Below are positions 1 through 12,554 of a stretch of 64,000 nucleotides of DNA, piece after piece. The notes beneath the pieces were generated by a model that worked only from the letters and a program-made list of their open reading frames with translations, was not told the origin of the DNA and searched no databases. The DNA comes from Octopus sinensis. Taxonomy: Eukaryota. Position 1 is the stretch's first letter. Each line of letters begins with the position of its first letter. The stretch spans positions 3,844,001 to 3,908,000 of the forward strand of contig NC_043018.1 in the NCBI RefSeq assembly GCF_006345805.1, in the 5' to 3' direction. The translations under genes and the position numbers were made by a program.

Positions 1-471
1 AGCATACGTTTCTGTTTGAGAAAAGACTTGTACCTAGACCGAAGATGACCGAAGATGTTCCATCCGTGGCTATTCCACCTCGTTTCTTTTCGAAAATCAG
101 GACAATATTAGGCACCACCACCATCACCACCACACCGACTTTGCTCATAGCTTCTTGGAAAAAAAGTTCTATTACTTGTTTCAGTCATTTGACTGTGGCC
201 ATGCTTTAGTCGAACACGTCAACCCCAGGAATTATTCTTCGTAAGCCTAGTACTTATTCTATCAGTTTCGTTTGCTGAACCGCTAAGTTACGTGGACGTA
301 AACACATCAGCATCGGTTGTCAAGCGATGGTGGGGGGTGGGACAGTTTAAAAACTGTTCTCTACAATCTTCCTCATCATCATCATCTTCATCATCATCAT
401 CTCTCTCTCTCTCTCTTTCTCTCTCTTTCACACACACACATACTTTACAAGACTATAGTGTGCTGCCGCCG

Positions 472-502
<31 letters not shown>

Positions 503-1041
503 CACCGCTGCTGCTGCTGCTGCTGGTTGCTACAGTTGTGAAACTGCGTTCCTTGTCGACTTGTTTCCAGGACCGGAACGAGGTGAATTCCTTCGCCAAT
601 CCTGGATCTGGAACTGGTAGCCATCTGGAAACTAAGGACCGGCTGACCTTATTGCTGTCTCAGCTGCTCTCCGCTGCCCTCCTTGCTTTTCCCTCTCCAT
701 TTGTCAACCAGCTCCACTTCTTTAGAACAAAAACCCTCAAATGGCCTTTAGTATCACAGGTATAACTGCGAGGGCAATAGCATTGAATTCGATCTCGCGT
801 TTTGCCACATAAAAATCACAGTTCAGTCATGAGCACAACCAAGATTTTATCCAATGAACAGCCGTTGTTCACCCGATAGTTCGGTGGTCTGACTAGAATC
901 TTCCGTGGATGAGGCCTACAATTACAGCCAAAATGAGCGCCAAAAGTTCACAATGTCTCGAATCGTGTTTGGCGTACACCCTTCAAGAAGCTATTTTCAC
1001 AGCTGCATATTCAACCTGGAATGATCGAAAAAGATACACCA

Positions 1042-1257
1042 CGAGAGGGTGTTGAAAAGTTCCTGGCTTTAAAAGTGTCGCGAAAGGCCTGGTTGGAGGC
1101 CCAACCTTCCAAGTTCTTCGACAGGGTTTAGAATAACTGAAGGACCGCTGCAATAAGTGTGTGAATCTGAATGGGGATTATGTTGAATACAATTACAATT
1201 AACTGATCCATCTCTATTTTCTTTACTTAAAGCCAGGGACTTTTAAGCAAACCCTCG
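1042..1257. mobile_element. mariner-type MITE (further copies at 14905-14990 partial, 39636-39848, 40300-40518)
   Basis: Shared TIR gaggg(g)tg(c/t)tgaaaagttcctggcttt and its reverse complement; the internal sequence is conserved between copies. Confidence 0.65.
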
Positions 1258-1522
1258 AATTTGATACGTAAAAATTCTATGTATTGTATGAACACTTTTC
1301 CTATTAATATAACAAATAAATTATTTTCCAATGCATGAAGAAGCCTTCCTTGTTACAGGACTTTCATCATGCGCCATCAGTCCCATTCCTCAGTAATGAA
1401 AGGCTCTCGCATGGCTTTGTGTCTTTTGTTCATCGTTAATACTTACAAATCCATTCGTCTCGTGTCACCTCTTCACTAACCATAATCGCCCATAATGCGA
1501 TTCAAAGATGACAACCGTCCGA

Positions 1523-1950
1523 AGGCGGCGAGCTGGCAGAATCGTTAGCACGCCGGGTGAAATGCTTAGCGGTATTTTGTTTGCCGTTACGTTCTGAGTT
1601 CAAATTCCGCCGAGGTCGACTTTGCCTTTCATCCTTTCGGGGTCGATTAAATAAGTACCAGTTGCGCACTGAGGTCGATTTAATCGACTTAATCCGTTTG
1701 TCTGTCATTGTTTGTCCCTTCTGTGCTTAGCCCCTTGTGGGTAATAAAGAAATAGGTATTTCGTCTGCCATTACGTTACGAGTTCAAATTCCGCCGAGGT
1801 CGACTTTGCCTTTCATCCTTTAGGGGTCGATAAATTAAGTACCAGTTACGCACTGAGGTCGATTTAATCGACTTAATCCGTTTGTCTGTCATTGTTTGTC
1901 CCTTCTGTGTTTAGCCCCTTGTTGGTAGTAAAGAAATAGGTATTTCGTCT
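1523..1950 (+). mobile_element. tRNA-derived SINE family A, multimeric
   Basis: Head ggcggcgagctggcagaatcgttagc...ctgagttcaaattcc (A/B-box-like), with the body repeated in tandem. Other copies at 3970-4520, 14350-14580, 21941-22110, 43570-43800 and 53305-53520. Confidence 0.75.
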
Positions 1951-2342
1951 GTCTTTAATCTCACACTGGCAACAGCGAAATAAAATCAAAACAACTAAAC
2001 CTGAGAAAGGAGTGATCTCTCGCATTCCGGTGCCTGTTGAATCGGAACAAGTTGACACGAGCAAAGCTAACGAAACGCCGATAAGATATTCGACTTCCCA
2101 GAAGTACTGCTTGTGACCTCGGCTATTGTTTGAAAGCCCGTCACGTGGTTCAAAGTAAAATTGGGAGGATTCCGCAAAAATTCTATGAATTTACTCACAA
2201 TGACACACACACGCGCGTAATTAAATTACAATTAAAGCTATGATTAAAGTACAGCACTTATACACATAACACACTCTCTCTCTCTTTCTCTATCTCTCTC
2301 TTTCTCACTCTCTTTATCTCTCTCTTACTTTCTCTCTCTTTC

Positions 2343-2412
<70 letters not shown>

Positions 2413-2854
2413 ACATTAACACACACGAGAACTGATCGCATTCTAAGTGTTGCTATGTTAAATATGTGCAAGAAGGAAGGTCACAGTTGCCGAAAATCAA
2501 TGGCACTCCACCACCACCACCACCGCCGCCATTTTCGTCGTCGTCGTCGTCGTCATCATCATCAGTATCGCCGAACAGTCCTCATATCAAGGGAACACCT
2601 TAACAAAGCTACTTCCTCTCATGGACAACAATATAAAAACTTCTAACGAGACAAAAGTCTCCCATTTTTGTGTTTTTAAATCTTTACTTGTGAGGTATAT
2701 TTGCCATCTCAATATGGCTAACCACTAAGGGTGGATGTTACTGTAGCTTGTAACCCCAGGAGAACATCTCCTCCAGCTGGCTATAGGCACACTTTCTGTG
2801 CCCTTATGGTATTTGCAAAGGGAGGTCATCCTTCCCTCGTCAACCTAAGTGATA

Positions 2855-2899
2855 CGCACGGACTGCAGTTTCTAGGTATTGACCTGTCATCAGCGTACG
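2855..2899 (-). ncRNA. Type-I hammerhead ribozyme, intact core
   Basis: - strand reads CGUACG (stem I) CUGAUGA c AGGU-caau-ACCU a GAA ACUGCAGU C^ CGUGCG. Stem I is 6 bp, stem III is palindromic, cleavage triplet GUC. Confidence 0.75.
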
Positions 2900-3006
2900 A
2901 CACTCACCGGTTTTCGATGAAAAGGCGTTCCAATGCAAATACTTGTATCATTTTTCCAGTAACTTTTCGTCCCTGATCTTGAAAAAATGATATAAGTATT
3001 TGCATT

Positions 3007-3051
3007 GGGACGCTGATGACAGGTCCATACCTAGAAACTGCAGTCCGTGCG
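3007..3051 (+). ncRNA. Type-I hammerhead ribozyme (mirror copy, weaker stem I)
   Basis: gggACG CUGAUGA c AGG-uccaua-CCU a GAA ACUGCAGU C^ CGUgcg. Confidence 0.65.
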
Positions 3052-3486
3052 TATCACTTAGGTTGACGAGGGAAGGGTGACCTCCCTTTGCAAATACCAT
3101 AAGAGCACAGAAAGTGTGCCTAAAGCCAGCTGGAGGAGATGTTCTCCTGGGGCTACAAGCTACAGTAACACCCACCGTTTGTGGTTAGCCATATTGAGAT
3201 GGCAAATATACCTCACATTGTCGTGCAGTTACTGTTTATACCTCGTTCAGAGATTTATTATTAATCTTTTACTTGTTTCAGTTATTTGGTTGCAGTTATA
3301 CTGGCGGAGCGGAGGTGGGGGGAAATGGGGGTTACACCAGCTGGAATGGTTTTAACCGGACGAACGGCCCCAGTACTTGTCTTATCGGTCTCCGTTGTCG
3401 AACTGTTAAGTTACGGGGACGTAAGCAAGCCAACACGAGTTGTTAGATGGCTACGGCGGGGCACAACATATGCACACACATACACA

Positions 3487-3529
<43 letters not shown>

Positions 3530-4668
3530 ACACACATACACAAGTGCGCGCACGCAACGGCTTTATACAGAGTTTCCGTCCACCGCAAGGCTTTGTTCAG
3601 GTTGGGGCTATAGTAGAAGACACTTGTCCAAGGTGCCACGCAGTGAGACTGAACCCGGAACCATGTGGTTGGGAAGCTAGCTTATTACCACACAGCCACT
3701 CCTCTCCACAATCGATCTTCAAAATCACTTCTTACATCTTAAATAATCAATTTCCCGTTGCATTTGGTACCTATGCTCTAACTCTTGTGACTGATGAAAA
3801 AAGGTGATAAAAAGATCGATCTTAAGACATTATTATGACAGTCCTTCCTGGCCGACCCCTCTAAGTATGACACATAAAAAGGGAGACCAAAAATGTCCAC
3901 ACAATACCCATAGGTCCTACTGTCGTTATTTTCTGGAACTTGCCTGGCTACCATGATTAATAATCTGTGAGGCAGTGCGCTGGCCGAATCGTTAGCGCGT
4001 CGGACAAAATGCTTAGTAGTATTTTCCCCAGCTCTTTACTCTCTGAGTTCAAATTCCGCCGAGGTCGACTTTGCCTTTCATGCTTTCGGGGTCGATAAAT
4101 TGAGTACCAGTTACGCACTGGGGTTCATATAATCGACTTAATCCGTGTTTAGCCCCTTGTGGGTAGTAAAGAAATAGGTATTTCCCCCAGCTCTTTACTT
4201 TCTGCCGAGGTCAACTTAGCCTTTCCTTCTTTCGAAATTGATAAGGTACCAGTCAAAGACTGGGATCGAACTAATCCCCCATCCCACCCCCAAATTTAAG
4301 GTTTCGTGCCCTTGTACCTGTAGCAGAAAGGATAATTAGCATTCTTGTGAGACACTTATCAGGCAGAATCGTTTGAGCATCGGACAAAATACTGAGTGAC
4401 ATTTTTTCCAGTTCTTTACGCTTTACGATCTGAGTTCAAATCTCGCCGAGGTCGACTTTGCCTTTCATTATTTCGAGATCGATAAAATAAATACCAGTCA
4501 GATATTGAGGTCGATATAATCGATAACTAGTTCTCCTGCAATCCCTGTGCCAAAATGTCTGTTATTAGTTTTCCATCAGTCTTCAACAGAAACGGTTGTG
4601 TATCATTACAGTACAGTTGTAACCAATCACAAAGATTGCTACATGTCCTCTTTGTGAACATATATTCT

Positions 4669-5305
4669 TTTCTACTCTAGGCACAAGGCCCGAAATTTGA
4701 GGGGAAGGGCCCAGTCGGTTAGATCGACCCCAGTACGCAACTGGTACTTAATTTATCGGCCCCAAAAGGATGAAAGGCAAAGTCGACCTCAGCGGAATTT
4801 GAACTTAGGACGTAAAGACAGACGAAATACCGCTAAGCATTTCATCCGGTGTGCTAACGTTTCTCCCAGCTCACCGCCCTTTGTCGACATATATTTATTT
4901 CTTAATTGCCCACAGGGAGCTAAACGTAGAGGGACAAACAAGGACAACCAAGGGGATTAAGTCGATTACATCGACCCCAGTACGCAACTGGTACTTATTT
5001 AATCGATCCCGGAAGGATGAAAGGCAAAGTCGACCTCGGTGAAATTTGAACTCTGAGCATAAAGACAGATGAAATACCTAATTCTTTATTACCCACAAGG
5101 GGCTAAACACAGAGGGAACAAACAAGGACAGACATAGGTATTAAGTCGATTACATCGACCTCAGTTCGTAACTGGTACTTAATTTATCGACCCCGAAAGG
5201 ATGAAAGGCAAAGTCGACCTCGGTAGAATTTGAACTCAGAACGTAACGGCAGACGAAATACCGCTAAGCATTTTGCCCGGCGTGCTAACAACTCTGCCAG
5301 CTCTC
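4669..5305 (-). mobile_element. SINE family A multimer
   Basis: About 3 tandem ~185-bp body units with one head. Confidence 0.75.
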
Positions 5306-5639
5306 AGCCTTTTTGTTAAAATATATTACACATTCCTTAACTACTCTCATATTTTAATTCACTAAAATTCCTTTGCTTTTCAACTATTTGTTACAATATC
5401 TTTAATTAACCCGGCATTGTCCTCTCTTCTTTTTTTGTCGTATTTATGATGGGTTTCCTGTCTCCTGATTTGCTTTTGTGCAAAATTTCCAGTCTTTTCC
5501 CATTGTCATCTTATAAGAAATATTAAAGTTCATATTTGTCTGTCTGCCTGTCTAAACTATTTTATCAATTTAATGTCTAATCTGTCGATCTATTTAGTTT
5601 AATCTATCTAATCTCTCTATCCAGTCTATCTATCCATCT

Positions 5640-5647
5640 ATCTTTCC

Positions 5648-5712
<65 letters not shown>

Positions 5713-5784
5713 ATCTATCTATCTATCTAATCTATCTATCTATCTAATCTATCTACCTATCTATCAATACACGCATACCTATAC

Positions 5785-5823
<39 letters not shown>

Positions 5824-5941
5824 ATAATATATATATATATATATAAGGCTTCGAATGACCTGTCTGTTTTCTGTGTTCGTCTCTTTATATATAATTTTTT
5901 ATTCCTATATATATATATATATACATCACACACACACACAC

Positions 5942-5975
<34 letters not shown>

Positions 5976-6112
5976 ATATATTATATATACACATACATAC
6001 ATATATACATACATACATACATACATATATATATATATATATGTACATCCATACATACATACACACACACACCATATACATACATACATACATACATACA
6101 TACATACATACA

Positions 6113-6146
<34 letters not shown>

Positions 6147-6182
6147 CATACATACATACATACAATCATATATATATATATA

Positions 6183-6219
<37 letters not shown>

Positions 6220-6220
6220 C
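5640..6220. repeat. (ATCT)n, (CT)n, (TA)n and (CATA)n microsatellite cluster
   Basis: Read directly. Confidence 0.93.
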
Positions 6221-6714
6221 ATTTATATTTCACTTACTTCAGTCGCTAGACCGCGGCCATGCTGGGGCACCGCCTTGAAGAGATTTTAGTTGAATGAATC
6301 GACCCGAGTACTTCTTTTTTTTTTAAATAGTACTTATTCTATCGGTCTCTTTTGCCGAACCGCCAAGTCACGGAGACACAAATACACCAACACCGGTTAT
6401 CAAGCAGCGATGGGGGACAAATACAGACACAAAGACACACCCACCCACACATAGATACATATACATAAATGTATACGATGGGCTTCTCTCAGTTTCCCTG
6501 TAACAAATTCACTCACTAGGTTTGGTCGGCTCCAGGCTATAGTAGAAGACACTTGCCGAAGGTGCCACGCAGTGGGACTGAACCCGGAACCATGTAGTTG
6601 GGAAGCAAGCTTCTTACCACACAGCCACGGTAGACAGACAGACACAGTCAACAGGTAGGCCGACGGACAGATAGATTACGCAGATTATATATAATATATA
6701 TATACTATATATAT

Positions 6715-6748
<34 letters not shown>

Positions 6749-6891
6749 TAATCGTTTACTCGTTTACTTGTTTCAGTCATTTGACTGCGGCCATGCTGGA
6801 GCACCGCCTAAATATATATATAGATATTATATTATATATATATATATATATAGCAAAAGAGGAGTAGTGTTTCCACGCAAGAAAAGGAATA

Positions 6892-7350
6892 TATAGGAAA
6901 ATGTGTTGATGAAAATGCACTTAATTTCAAAAACTCGAAAATGTTTAAAATACATTTATTTACATATGTACCAAACTAGTTGGGTATATATGTAAATAAA
7001 TGTATTTTAAACATTTACGAGTTTTTAAAATTTAAGTGCATTTTCATCAACACATTTTCCTATGTATATATATATAACTTATAAACAAGGGCAAAAGAAA
7101 AATTATTTCTATGCCAATATGCTGAGAACAGACTTTAAATCGTCAATTTCCACATTTCATTATACACTCACTATAAATACACGTCGTGCTGAAATCGAGG
7201 AATGCTAGCCAACGGAATTTTTTTTTTAAGTTCGTTATTTCTATATGTATTTATAGTGAATGTATATTGAAATGTGGAAATTGACGATTTAAAGCCTGTT
7301 CTTAGGATATTGGCATAGAAATAATTTTTCTTTTACCCTTGTTTATAAGT
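6892..7350. repeat. Two adjacent palindromes (arms ~6892-6972/6983-7063 and ~7078-7180/7247-7350)
   Basis: Reverse-complement matches read directly; the second belongs to the same family as 21681-21880. Confidence 0.85.
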
Positions 7351-7421
7351 TGTTTATAATTTTAACCTTTAAAGGTATTTTAATATGCTGCCACTTTTTC
7401 TGAAAATTTTTTTAATATATA

Positions 7422-8486
7422 TCTATATATATAAAACTCAACTTGTGTATCTGTGTATGTGTCTGTGAGTTTAACTTTCCGGCACATCTCCTAGCCAACA
7501 AATCGTAGAACCACCAAAAATGGGTCACTTAAAGTTTAGGCAAATGAAAATTGAACTGCGCTATTTCTGTTCCAAAATTCATCTCACAAGTGCAAAAATC
7601 GATAATGTGTTTGTTTAGGCCTTATCCCATGCATTGAATAGTGAACTTTACTCAGTCAGCTGTTTGACGTGAACTGTGTTCACCACGCGTACAAGCATGG
7701 TGGAGGCGCAATGGCCCAGTGGTTAGGGCAGCGGACTTGCGGCCGGAGGATCGCGGTTTCGATTCCCAGACCGGGCGTTGTGTGTGTTTATTGAGCGAAA
7801 AAAACACCTAAAAGCTCCACGAGGCTCCGGCAGGAGGTGGTGATCCCTGCTGTACTCTTTCACCACTCTAAAGGCGGTGCTCCAGCATGGCCGCAGTCAA
7901 ATGACTGAAACAAGTACCAAAAAAAAAAAAAAAAAAAAAAAGCATGCGTAAATTGCATGAAAAATAAAAAATCAAGATATGAAAACGAATCGCCGTAAAC
8001 ATTGTAGAAATTCGGCAAAGAAATGAATTTTCGGGATGTAGCCTGGAGGGCTTTTTCGTATTAATCGTTTGGACTTTGTGAACACATACCAATTGTTTTC
8101 ATAACATTTTTAAGCCTTTGAATTAAATGTGAACATTTTGCTTTGAGTCTGCAGTTTAAATCACTTTAACCAAATTTTAGCAGGCTGGATTTTTGATCAT
8201 CATGATACATCGCCAGCGACTCCCTGAACTCTCCCCCTGAATCCCCGTTGAGAAATACTGATCTAAAAGAATAATTCAACAATGCAATTATTTGATCAAC
8301 AAAAATTTATGAAACGCTTCTACGTACTTCCTGTTGAGGAAATGGAACACATAAGCGCAAAAATAGAGGCATTAAATGCTTGATTTTAAAACCAAAATAA
8401 TTGAATTTTGATTGAACTTCATCCAAGTTAGCTTAATTCGCGCGTGCATAGAACGCACGAGCGCACGAGCCGGGCAATACTGCTAG
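7422..8486 (+). mobile_element. Non-autonomous Helitron with an internal tRNA-derived SINE
   Basis: 5' a|TCTATATATATAAAA; 3' GC-rich subterminal segment followed by CTAG|t. Confidence 0.65.
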
Positions 8487-8539
8487 TATATATATATATA
8501 TTATATATATTATAATATATATATATATATATATATTAT

Positions 8540-10740
8540 ATATTGATAAAACGGTAAAATAACAAAAGAAAGAAAGAAAGAGAGACTCAATATATGTAAA
8601 TAGAGGAAATTTATCTATACAATATGTTACATTACTCGGTAGTCAAGATAAAACTCTGAGTTTCAGATGCCGAAGTGGAAATCCACAACACCATCTCTTC
8701 GGTTATCTGGCTATTTGAAAACGTTATGAAAAAATACCGTTAAAAATGAAGGGAATTACTGTTATAACTCTGCTTTGCCTGCGTACTTATACATCGCTCG
8801 CATTTTTCGTCATAAAAATTATATAAAAATACATAAAAATATATAAAAATATATAAAAATATATAAAATCTTCTTGGGACATAACACAGAAAGCATGTTC
8901 TATCCGTTTTCTTTAGGGGACCAAAACGTAACAGAAATTTAGTCACATGTGGGCATGATCCGAAAAGCTCTGTCCTTGTATTTAGACATGTGGTAGGGTC
9001 TAAGCTGCTTTCAGATAAGCCATCTCTCCATGTCGCATAAACTGCACCTTCCGCTGCCGTTAGTATAGGGCTTACATCTGGCCAAAATCTTCCATTGTAT
9101 GTTATAATCGACACCTTTATCTCTTAAGACCAAATATGATTGGATAATTGTGTCGCTTTTCTTTTGTTCCAGTACTTAAAGCTCAAAGTGTGGTTATTGA
9201 ACCTGGCCTTGAAATTACCCTCTGTCAGGCCCACGTATTTCTTCGTCGAAACGGTGTCTTTAGTGGTTATAGAGTTTACGGTAGCTTCATATATGATGGT
9301 CTTGGACATGCAAGCTCCATTTAGCGGGCACATTCTTTATTCCTGCATGCATGAACAGCTGTTTTTTCTTGTGTTTTTTGTATGTTATGATTGATTATGT
9401 TTTTAAATTGGTAGTTGAACTAAAACTAATTTTTAAATTGTGTCTATTGAAGAGTTTCCTATAAGCATGGTTAACTGGAAAATGTCTATCTATCAGTGCT
9501 AGGAAATATTTACCTATATTGAAGGCCACCTCGGGTGAGTAAGGGGGCGTAAACCAATGACCTTCCTATTTCTATTATTCCTTTTCCTTATTGTTGGGCT
9601 GGTGATAGGTGTATATTTTATTTTTTCGCTAAAACCACTATCTTTTAAAGCTTTATTATAAACTGGGGCAACGCTATTGAAGATGTCCTCATTAGATGAG
9701 AGGCTAGAAATCCTCTTACTAATATTTTTAACTAAATTTTTGAATACTATAGGGGGATGGCATGAACCTACATTAATATAACTTAGTCTATCATTGGGCT
9801 TCTTATAAGGCTTATAAATATTATTATTAAGATCTAAGGAAACGTCTAAGAAATTGACAACCGTCAGGTTAGTGTTTATAGTTATACTAAGTCCGAAGTG
9901 TTTCATTAACTGGATAATATCCTTCCTAAAACGATCTTGTGCTGGTCCATTTGTATTAGCTGTTAAGGCGAGGGCATCATCTTTGTAGATGGCGAAATGT
10001 ACGTTAGGGAATGTCTTACCGAAGGTATCTAGGAGAAAGAGTCCAATTAGATCACAGATGCCTGCCCCATCATATGAACCCATGCTCACATCGAAAGCGC
10101 CCTCCGTGTCGGTGTTTTTTACCCACTTTGCATTCTCACTGAAAAGTAATGTCTTTCTAGCATGGAAGATTATATCCTTATCATTGGTACTAATTTCTAT
10201 GAAGTCACTAGCGAAGATTAGGGCTTTATCTAGCAGTTCTTTAGAGATAGAGGCATAAAAATCAACAATATCGAATTGTGTAACCTCGCTTTTTTCTTAT
10301 TCTTAATAGCTTTAAACCAGTCTACGACTTCTATCTATTGGACCATTGCACTAGCCTAGTATCGGTCTTAATTTTCGTATTTATTTTATCTAAAATTTCT
10401 TTGCTAATTCCCTAGTTCTGACTTGGCTGGGTTGATAAGCCTACATTAGGGTTGGAAAGGAAGTTTTCTTTGTGGTCTTTAATAGTAATAAAGGCCTCTT
10501 TTTGGGGGGGTTTCTATTTTTTTATCTAATTTAAGTTTAGCGGCGATGACGCTGCTTCTTTATTAATTTCGTTATGTCTGTGCCCTAGCCTTAGTATAAT
10601 TATTAATGATGCTGTTGTGTAAGAGTTGTGTGTATTTGGTTATCTACCAGGTATAAGTTCTTGGTTTTATCCGAAAAAAGTGCTTTTTTTGGAGCTTTTT
10701 ATATGATCAATATCTTTTTTCATTTATGTTGGAATTGTTA
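8540..10740 (-). mobile_element. Penelope-like retroelement (RT + C-terminal GIY-YIG endonuclease), probably Hydra clade; frameshifted, inactive
   Basis: RT motifs TQFDIVDFYASI, FDVSMGSYDGA and YKDD, with upstream 'AFITIKDHKENF...RLINPAKSELG' across frameshifts. Linker C-x-C...CPLNGAC, EN 'IIYEAT...KYVGLTE..FKARFNNH', distal 'RCSLC...LNTRTELFGSCPH'. The 3' end carries a hammerhead and abuts (TA)n. Clade assignment is from recalled motifs. Confidence 0.85.
8646..8708 (-). ncRNA. Hammerhead-like motif in the PLE 3' pseudo-LTR (core variant, U4 changed to C)
   Basis: AGAUAA CCGAAG AGAUG...CAUCU GAA ACU-cag-AGU U^ UUAUCU; same strand as the RT-EN ORF and downstream of it. Confidence 0.6.
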
Positions 10741-10769
10741 AAAGACTTACGAAACTTTAAAAACTGTAG

Positions 10770-11259
10770 TTGTGTGAGTGTCTGTCCCCTTCGATTTAGA
10801 TTCCTAACTACTCCCACATTTTGCGGTGCAGTTTAAACCAAATTCGGGTCTTATAGTCGGGATTCATATCGAGCCCGTCTGAGTATTGCGAGCGTCTACG
10901 ATGAGTCTACGATTTTAAAAATAATTTAACATCATTTTTTATTTCATTTTAATGCATAATTTTCCGTGTGTCGATGGCGGCGCGGAGTTGGCGTCCATGG
11001 TCACACCTGCCTGTTTGCTTCTCCCCCCCTTCTTCCCTCCCGTGAAGCTGTGGGGAAGGGAGTGTAAGGAAATCAACGTCGTAAAGCGTTGTCAAGGAGA
11101 CCAGCGTTCTTTTACAACAACGACTTCATGGCTTAAAGACACCAAAACAGAAATGGCTAAGAAAGCCCGAATTGGCATCTATAAGGGAAGTAACTCTCAA
11201 AAAATGCTTATATAGTTATTTCCCTTACAAACCCGAGCAACGCCGGGCGATACTGCTAG
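10770..11259 (+). mobile_element. Non-autonomous Helitron (5'-truncated)
   Basis: 3' hairpin cccgagcaacgccggg, then cgatactgCTAG|t. Reverse-complement homolog of 19286-19683. Confidence 0.7.
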
Positions 11260-11667
11260 TATATATATATCAGAGGCGACTGCAGGTCATCTGTGTCACT
11301 CGGTCTCATCACAGGTTTTGCATATGTCACATATATAGAAGAAGGCAAGAGATGAAATGCACATCGCAGACTTGCATATACAAGGATAATTTAACAGTAA
11401 GCAAGTTTGCTGCTTCTAACGAAAGAATGCCTCACTTTTTCCGCAATATTTCTTGCCCCAAATGGCTTATTTTTTCTATCTAGCACTGTGTCTTTCTCTA
11501 TTTCTAAGTTGAGGGTAAAAATAAGGCAACCCTGCAAAACACTACTGATCTGTACACACAGAAGCACAGAATAACGACAATGGAGTGTACAACAAATATC
11601 ACTTTACTAAATTTATACTCGGGCTAAGCCCAAACAGCCCGTGGACCTGACTCACCACTCATATATA

Positions 11668-11848
11668 TCCGCGACTATCGCGGGTGTTACGTTCTAAAAC
11701 TTCCCACAGAAATAATCAAAATCTGAAAAAATATAAATACCTATCGGCCGCAGACACCCGCGATATAAATTTACATATATTAGCCAGAAAAATCCGCGAT
11801 GTACTGAGTGCGCGATAGGTGAACCGCGATATGGCGAGGGATTACTGT
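11668..11848. mobile_element. Tigger/pogo-like MITE remnant
   Basis: The right end gcgagggattactg|ta resembles a CAGTAATCCCTCG TIR in TA context; the left end is decayed. Confidence 0.35.
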
Positions 11849-11906
<58 letters not shown>

Positions 11907-12368
11907 GGATGGATGGATGGATGGATGGATGGATGGATGGATGGATAGATAGATAGATAGATTATGTTCTTTATTAGCCACACGGGCTGCACACAGATAG
12001 AACAATTACAAGGTAGAGCTTTTCTTTTGAAGTTTAAAAAAAAAAAAAAAGGAAGGGGGAGTTTCGATCAAAAGGGATCGTAAAAGGAGAGAAAGAGGAC
12101 AAAAAAAGGGGGGGTTAAAAAAAGGGGGAGAGGAAAAAAAAAATTGATCAATAGGGATCGTTATCACAGAAATGTCAATATGAAGTGTAAAGGGGAGGAC
12201 AGGTGAGGTTTACTCGTGGAAAGAAAAGCCTACGGAAAAGACCACGGTAACCTCGGTCAATGGAGTCACATGTTATATTTCTTTTCTTTTTTATAGATAG
12301 ATAGATGGATTGATGGATGGATGGATGGATGGATGGATGGATGGATGGATAGATAGATAGATAGAGAT

Positions 12369-12414
<46 letters not shown>

Positions 12415-12490
12415 GTGAGAGGACTTATGAATGCTGCATGTGTGTATGCATATGTTCTGTGCAGATGTTTGTACCTAATTGGTGACTATG

Positions 12491-12554
<64 letters not shown>

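Larger units (their letters stand above)
2689..3217. repeat. Long inverted repeat (~205-bp arms, ~110-bp spacer with a nested IR)
   Basis: 2689-2897 is the near reverse complement of 3011-3217. Confidence 0.92.

Noticed and set aside
6900-6960. TTGATGA...GAAA in the palindrome arm (similar TAGAAGA...GAAA at ~38360-38400)
   Set aside because: The cores are mutated and stem I cannot be formed.
7706-7870. tRNA-like sequence with A/B boxes
   Set aside because: No closed acceptor stem and it continues into a SINE body, so it is a tRNA-derived SINE head rather than a tRNA gene.
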